In this document: positions 58,799 to 64,000 of the stretch, piece after piece
Layout: each line of letters begins with the position of its first letter
How positions within the stretch are numbered: position 1 is the first letter of the stretch
NCBI GenBank assembly: GCA_016204695.1
Contig: JACQKD010000014.1
Coordinates: forward strand, 88,170 to 152,169
Length of the DNA stretch: 64,000 nucleotides
Reading direction: 5' to 3'
Source: Candidatus Kaiserbacteria bacterium
Lineage (GTDB): Bacteria > Patescibacteriota > Minisyncoccia > Phycocordibacterales > UBA918
The notes under the pieces: model-generated
Seen by the model: only the letters and a program-made list of their open reading frames with translations
Database searches by the model: none
Told to the model about the DNA's origin: nothing
Program-made: the position numbers and the translations under genes

Positions 58799-59824
58799 AT
58801 GCCCGAGGATAGCAACGCAGACGCAGAAACGGACCGGATCCCGGCGGAAACCCCCGCCCCGCGCCGACGCTTCCTGTCGGTATGGCGGATCGGGGCGCTG
58901 TCCGCTCTTGCGCTCGCACTTCTGGGCGGCGCAGGAGTGGTCGCATCCGCCACACCTCCCGCCGCTTTTCCTGCCGGAGAACGCATTGAAATATTGCCGG
59001 GCACGTCGCTCGTGACCGCGGCGCGAATGCTCGAAGACGCACATGCAGTACATTCGTCTCTTCTCTTGCAACTCATTCTGATCGCGCAAGCCGGAGAGGG
59101 AGGAGTCAAAGCGGGAATATACCGGTTTGACGAACCGCTCTCCGTCTTCGGCATCGCGCACGCGCTCCTCTATGGCACGCATTCCGCTCCACTGATACGC
59201 ATTACCATTCCCGAAGGGATGAGGAACGGCGACATCGACAAGATCGTGACAAGCCAACTGCCCGCCATACCGCCGGGAGCCTTCGAACGTGCCGCCGCAG
59301 ACGCGGAGGGATACTTGTTCCCCGAGACATACCACGTGCCGGAGATTTTCACCGCCGAACAGCTCGTCGACATGATGAAGGAAACCTTTGCCGAAAAAAC
59401 CGCGCCGCTTGCAGACACATTCGCGGCTTCGACACGGACGCGCGAGGAGATCATCATTATGGCATCCATCCTCGAACGCGAGGCGGACAGTGAAGAATCC
59501 ATGCGCATTATTTCGGGTATTTTGTGGAAACGGTTCGACAAGGGCATGCCGCTCCAAGTCGATGCCAGCTTTGCATATTTATTGGGAAAGAAGAGCGAGG
59601 AAGTAACCGTAGACGATCTCGCCCTCGACTCGCCGTACAACACCTACAAATACTGGGGCCTTCCGCCGACTCCGCTCAATAACCCCGGACTACAGGCAAT
59701 CAAAGCGGCACTTTCGCCGACACCATCACCATATCTGTATTACCTCACCGACGCCGAAGGCGCATTCCACTACGCCAAAACCTTCGAAGAACACAAGAAA
59801 AATAAGCAACTTTTTCTGGAGTGA
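58799..59824 (+). CDS. mltG: endolytic transglycosylase MltG
   Basis: TIPEG, EGYLFPETY, MASILERE, LQVDA and SPYNTY..GLPPTP motifs. Confidence 0.95.
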   Translation: MPEDSNADAETDRIPAETPAPRRRFLSVWRIGALSALALALLGGAGVVASATPPAAFPAGERIEILPGTSLVTAARMLEDAHAVHSSLLLQLILIAQAGEGGVKAGIYRFDEPLSVFGIAHALLYGTHSAPLIRITIPEGMRNGDIDKIVTSQLPAIPPGAFERAAADAEGYLFPETYHVPEIFTAEQLVDMMKETFAEKTAPLADTFAASTRTREEIIIMASILEREADSEESMRIISGILWKRFDKGMPLQVDASFAYLLGKKSEEVTVDDLALDSPYNTYKYWGLPPTPLNNPGLQAIKAALSPTPSPYLYYLTDAEGAFHYAKTFEEHKKNKQLFLE

Positions 59825-60046
59825 ACTTGACACTGCAAGCCGCGAGCCACACCATCAATGCAATGAGTGTGGAAAATTCGAGCGAAGCAAAGGAGCAAGA
59901 AAATCAACCACCCCAGTGGCTTGCCACGGCGACGGTTGACTGCACAAAATAGGCCGTCTTGGAGGGAATACCGTGAAATATGTTGATTTTTTCATTGAAT
60001 TCACGGTTATTTGACAATAATAGTTAACTTTACTACACTTGACCAC

Positions 60047-60919
60047 ATGGCGAGAATACTCAATATATACAAAAAAATAATCGAACTGCGCGAACGTTAC
60101 TACAGGGTTTCGCCCGGCAAGGAATCGTTGCTCAAGATGATCATGGAAGCGGAAATTCCGGAACAGGTATACAACTCTAATGCTATCGAGAACAGCACAC
60201 TTTCTCTGGAAGAAACCGAAAAAATTCTACTCCAGATCGATCTCGACCGCTTTGTGTCCGAGCGCGAACTCTTTGAAGCTAAAAATCTCGCACGCGTGGT
60301 GGAATACATCGACAAACGAGCGAAGGAACAGGAGCTTACCGAGGAGGTCATTTTGTTTTTGCATAAGATGCTCATTTCCAATATCCGCGATGATATCGCC
60401 GGAAGATTCCGCACAGGAGAGGAGCGTGTACGGGTAGGCACGCACATCGCACCGCATGCGTCAGAAATTCCCGAGCTTATGAAAAAGATGCTCGCGGAAT
60501 ATAACGCTTCGAGTCATGAGCATATCGTGCGAAGAATCGCCAGATTGCATCTTGCCTTCGAGTACGCCCACCCGTTCGTTGACGGCAACGGCCGAATCGG
60601 TCGCGCTATCAATAATTACCTGCTCATCCGCGAAGGATATGTTCCTATCAACATCAAGTTTATCGATCGCGCCAGATACTATGACGCATTCAAAGAATTC
60701 CAAACGAACAATAAAACGGCGGTCATGGAAGAAATAGTCGGCCGCGCTCTTACTAACAGCTATCACAAGCGGCTGGCATATTTGGAACACAAAAAGATCG
60801 TATCGCTTTCCGAATATACCAAACAGAGTCGTCTTTCCCACTCAAACTCCCTTAACAAAGCAAAGCGTCAAACCATTGAAGCCTTTATAGAAAAAGGCAA
60901 TTGGAATATCGGAATATAA
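60047..60919 (+). CDS. Fic family protein
   Basis: YNSNAIEN; HPFVDGNGRIGR. Confidence 0.95.
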   Translation: MARILNIYKKIIELRERYYRVSPGKESLLKMIMEAEIPEQVYNSNAIENSTLSLEETEKILLQIDLDRFVSERELFEAKNLARVVEYIDKRAKEQELTEEVILFLHKMLISNIRDDIAGRFRTGEERVRVGTHIAPHASEIPELMKKMLAEYNASSHEHIVRRIARLHLAFEYAHPFVDGNGRIGRAINNYLLIREGYVPINIKFIDRARYYDAFKEFQTNNKTAVMEEIVGRALTNSYHKRLAYLEHKKIVSLSEYTKQSRLSHSNSLNKAKRQTIEAFIEKGNWNIGI

Positions 60920-60932
60920 AATGAAATAATTT

Positions 60933-63293
60933 ATGCCCGATAAAAATCTTTCAGAACGCGATATTTGCACAAAATATATTACTCCGGCAGTGGTCGGAGC
61001 AGGTTGGAATGTACAAACCCAAATCCGCGAGGAAGTTACCTTTACCGCGGGTAGAATAAATGTCTACGGCAAAACAATAACCCGTGGCGAGAAAAAGCGA
61101 GCCGATTATATTTTGTATTACAAAAATAATTTTCCAATCGCGCTTATTGAAGCGAAGGATGCCAGTCATTCCGTAGGAGATGGTATGCAACAGGCACTCA
61201 GTTATGCGGAGTCTCTTGATATTCCATTTGTGTACAGCTCAAATGGCGAAGGTTTTTTAGAGCACGATCGGCTCACCGCATCCGGTCAAAAAGAGCATGA
61301 ACTACCCATCTCTGCTTTTCCAAGTCCCGCAGATCTCTATCAAAGATACAAAGAGCAGAAAGGATTAGTGCCAGAAGTCGAGGAGGCGGTTTTGCAGGAT
61401 TATTACGAAAATCCATCGGCACATCCACCGCGTTACTTCCAGCAAGTGGCGATCAATCGCACTGTTGAAGCGGTGGCGCGCGGCCAAAATCGCATTTTGC
61501 TTGTCATGGCTACCGGCACGGGCAAAACGTACACGGCATTTCAAATTATTTGGCGACTATGGAAAGCCCGCAAGAAAAAACGAATCCTATTTCTCGTTGA
61601 TCGTACCGCGCTTGCCGACCAAACGCTTTCCGGCGAGTTCCGCCATTTTGGCGAAGCGGTGACAAAAATTGACGACCCAAAGGTAAATCCGGCGTATGAA
61701 ATTTATGTCGCGCTCTATCAAGGACTCATGGGCGGGGAGGAAGCTGAAAAGTTTAAACAATTTTCAGCGGATTTTTTCGACCTCGTTATTGTAGACGAGT
61801 GTCATCGTGGTGCCGCGCGAGAAGATGCTTTGTGGCGTTCTGTTCTTGAATACTACAAGAGCGCAACACATATCGGCCTTACCGCCACGCCAAAAGTCGC
61901 TGACGATGCCGACAACTTTGAATACTTCGGCGCGCCTATTTACACCTATTCGCTCAAGCAAGGAATTGATGACGGTTACCTCGCGCCATATAAAGTCATC
62001 CGCTATCGTTTCAACAATGACGAATGGCGCCCGCCGCAAGGTTTTATAGATATGCACGGCCAAGAAGTGCCGGACGAAATATACACCGAATCGATGTTTG
62101 ACCGCTCCATTATCATCGAAGACCGCAATCGCGCGGTGGCAAAATGCGTGAGTGATTTTATGCGTGAGACGGATATATACCAAAAAGTTATCGTCTTTTG
62201 TGTAGACATAGCCCATGCCGAGCGGATGCGCAGGTTCCTGGTGAATGAATTCGCTGATGAAATAAAAAAGAATGCAAAATATGTTGTCAAAATCACCGGC
62301 GACGACTTCTATGGCAAACTGGAAATTGAAAACTTTATAAATCCGGAGTCAAAGTACCCGGTCATTGCCACCACCTCAAAACTGCTTTCCACCGGAGTGG
62401 ATACCCAGACGGTCAAGCTCATTGTGCTCGACGCGCCGATGAATTCCATGACGGAGTTTAAACAGGTCATCGGCCGGGGTACGCGTATCAACGAGCAGTT
62501 TGGCAAATACTATTTCACCATCATGGATTTCCGCAATGTCACGCGCCTGTTTGCGGACGCGGACTTTGACGGCGACCCGGTAGAAAGTTACGAAAAAGAC
62601 GGCGCCGAGCCGCTCGCGATAAAAGAAAAGATAGAACAAGAAACCCGTAGCGAAGCCGAGTTGCAGAAAATAAATCCGCAGGAAGAAATTTTAATCGACG
62701 GCACCGAAGCCGCGCCAAAGCCAAAGAAAATCCATATCAAAGATGGCGTCACGTTTGACCCGATCCAAAAACTCATTCAGTACATTGACCCCAAAACCGG
62801 AAAGCTCATTACCGCCTCGCTTCAAGACTTCAGCAAGCAGACCATCCAAGGCGTATATGCTTCACTTGAAGATTTTCTCAATCGCTGGAATGCTACCGAA
62901 CGCAAAGACGCCATCATTTCCGAGCTTGCCGATATGGGTATCGTCTTTGATGAATTGCAAAAAGAAGTGGGCAAAGACCTTGATGTGTTTGACCTTGTCC
63001 TCCATGTCGCCTACGGCAAAAAACCCCTGACCCGAAGCGAGCGATTGAAAAAAGTCCGCGCAAGCGACTATTTTGCCAAATATGAAGGCAGGGCGCGGGA
63101 AATCATTGACCATCTCCTCGACAAGTACGCCGCAAGCGGCATCACTGCCATAGACGACATCGGCGACCTGCAAGTGTCTCCGTTTACCGCCTACGGCACG
63201 CCGTTTGAAATCGTGGAGGAAATCTTCGGCGGCCGTGAAAAATATCTGCAAGTGGTGCGCCACATAGAAACCGTGTTATATACCGCCCAATAA
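60933..63293 (+). CDS. hsdR: type I restriction endonuclease subunit R (EcoAI/EcoEI-like)
   Basis: ADY...IEAK, MATGTGKT, DECHRG, LTATP, LSTGVD and QVIGRGTR motifs. Confidence 0.95.
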   Translation: MPDKNLSERDICTKYITPAVVGAGWNVQTQIREEVTFTAGRINVYGKTITRGEKKRADYILYYKNNFPIALIEAKDASHSVGDGMQQALSYAESLDIPFVYSSNGEGFLEHDRLTASGQKEHELPISAFPSPADLYQRYKEQKGLVPEVEEAVLQDYYENPSAHPPRYFQQVAINRTVEAVARGQNRILLVMATGTGKTYTAFQIIWRLWKARKKKRILFLVDRTALADQTLSGEFRHFGEAVTKIDDPKVNPAYEIYVALYQGLMGGEEAEKFKQFSADFFDLVIVDECHRGAAREDALWRSVLEYYKSATHIGLTATPKVADDADNFEYFGAPIYTYSLKQGIDDGYLAPYKVIRYRFNNDEWRPPQGFIDMHGQEVPDEIYTESMFDRSIIIEDRNRAVAKCVSDFMRETDIYQKVIVFCVDIAHAERMRRFLVNEFADEIKKNAKYVVKITGDDFYGKLEIENFINPESKYPVIATTSKLLSTGVDTQTVKLIVLDAPMNSMTEFKQVIGRGTRINEQFGKYYFTIMDFRNVTRLFADADFDGDPVESYEKDGAEPLAIKEKIEQETRSEAELQKINPQEEILIDGTEAAPKPKKIHIKDGVTFDPIQKLIQYIDPKTGKLITASLQDFSKQTIQGVYASLEDFLNRWNATERKDAIISELADMGIVFDELQKEVGKDLDVFDLVLHVAYGKKPLTRSERLKKVRASDYFAKYEGRAREIIDHLLDKYAASGITAIDDIGDLQVSPFTAYGTPFEIVEEIFGGREKYLQVVRHIETVLYTAQ

Positions 63294-63299
63294 AATAAT

Positions 63300-64000
63300 A
63301 TGTCTGACATCCAAAACATCGTTAAAAATATCCAAAACATCATGCGAAAGGACGCGGGCGTGGATGGCGATGCCCAGCGTATCTCCCAGCTTGTCTGGAT
63401 GCTCTTCCTCAAAATCTTTGACGACCGGGAGAAAAACTTGGAGCTCATAGACCCTGGCTACCATTCGCCGATTCCGGAGGAACTGCGCTGGCGTGCTTGG
63501 GCGGCCGACCCCGAAGGCATGACCGGCGAGGAGCTCTTTGCTTTTATAGACAAAAAACTTTTTCCCACGCTCAAAGGACTTGCCGTCCACGGCACGCAAA
63601 CCTCTGGTGTCATCGTCAAAAACGTCTTCATCGACACCTACAACTATATGAAGAACGGCACGCTCATCCGCCAGGTGGTAAACAAAATCAACGAAATCAA
63701 TTTCAATAAAAAAGGCGACCGCCACGCCTTTGGCGATTTGTATGAAAAACTCTTAAAAGACCTGCAGAGCGCAGGTAATGCCGGAGAGTTTTACACGCCG
63801 CGCCCGCTCACCAAATTTATCGTGGAGATGGTCGCGCCAGAGCTTGGCGAAACCGTCCTTGATCCGGCCTGCGGCACTGGCGGGTTTTTGGTCAATGTCT
63901 TGGACTACATCCGCGCAAGCGGACAGGTCAAAACCGCCGACGATGAAAAACTCCTACAATCCTCCGTCCACGGCGTAGAAGTCAAACCGCTTCCGCATCT
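63300..64000 (+). CDS. hsdM: type I R-M methyltransferase subunit M (3'-partial)
   Basis: IMRKDAGVDGDAQR, GDLYEKLL, NAGEFYTPR and DPACGTGGFL motifs. Confidence 0.95.
   Translation, partial: MSDIQNIVKNIQNIMRKDAGVDGDAQRISQLVWMLFLKIFDDREKNLELIDPGYHSPIPEELRWRAWAADPEGMTGEELFAFIDKKLFPTLKGLAVHGTQTSGVIVKNVFIDTYNYMKNGTLIRQVVNKINEINFNKKGDRHAFGDLYEKLLKDLQSAGNAGEFYTPRPLTKFIVEMVAPELGETVLDPACGTGGFLVNVLDYIRASGQVKTADDEKLLQSSVHGVEVKPLPH

Noticed and set aside
1-64000. CRISPR array or cas genes
   Set aside because: No regularly spaced direct repeats with unique spacers and no Cas motifs were seen.
1-64000. Alternative genetic code (TGA read as Gly)
   Set aside because: Conserved genes are full length in code 11 and several end properly at TGA.

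Overview
64 kb of a compact bacterial genome using the standard genetic code. Gene content and style (short UvrC, small secreted and membrane proteins, tRNAs without encoded CCA) suggest Patescibacteria/CPR, probably Parcubacteria; this placement is inference. The housekeeping backbone includes gdhA, tgt, uvrB/uvrA/uvrC, two ddl-family genes, murF, alkA, def, ychF, leuS, mltG, six tRNAs and the start of a type I R-M locus. Small accessory cassettes include a zeta-like kinase, a PIN pair, a HEPN-like protein, a SIR2-like protein, an orphan PemK/MazF and a complete IS with TIRs and an 8-bp TSD. The most striking feature is a family of ~93-bp structured elements with conserved ends (TGAG(G)AAGC...GCTTC..CAAGA / T..AC.G..CC.GTA.GG) and a strongly covarying central stem. 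Four copies of exactly 93 bp sit in frame inside three protein genes: one in tgt, one antisense in an Ig-like protein, and two (one nested in the loop of the other) in a membrane protein. Three non-coding copies (100 bp, 104 bp and a truncated 83 bp) lie beside or inside duplicated tRNA 3' ends. Several integrase-free cassettes are bracketed by duplications of gene ends (uvrB 3', a PIG-L gene 5', tRNA-Val 3'). All coordinates were counted by eye and no database searches were run.
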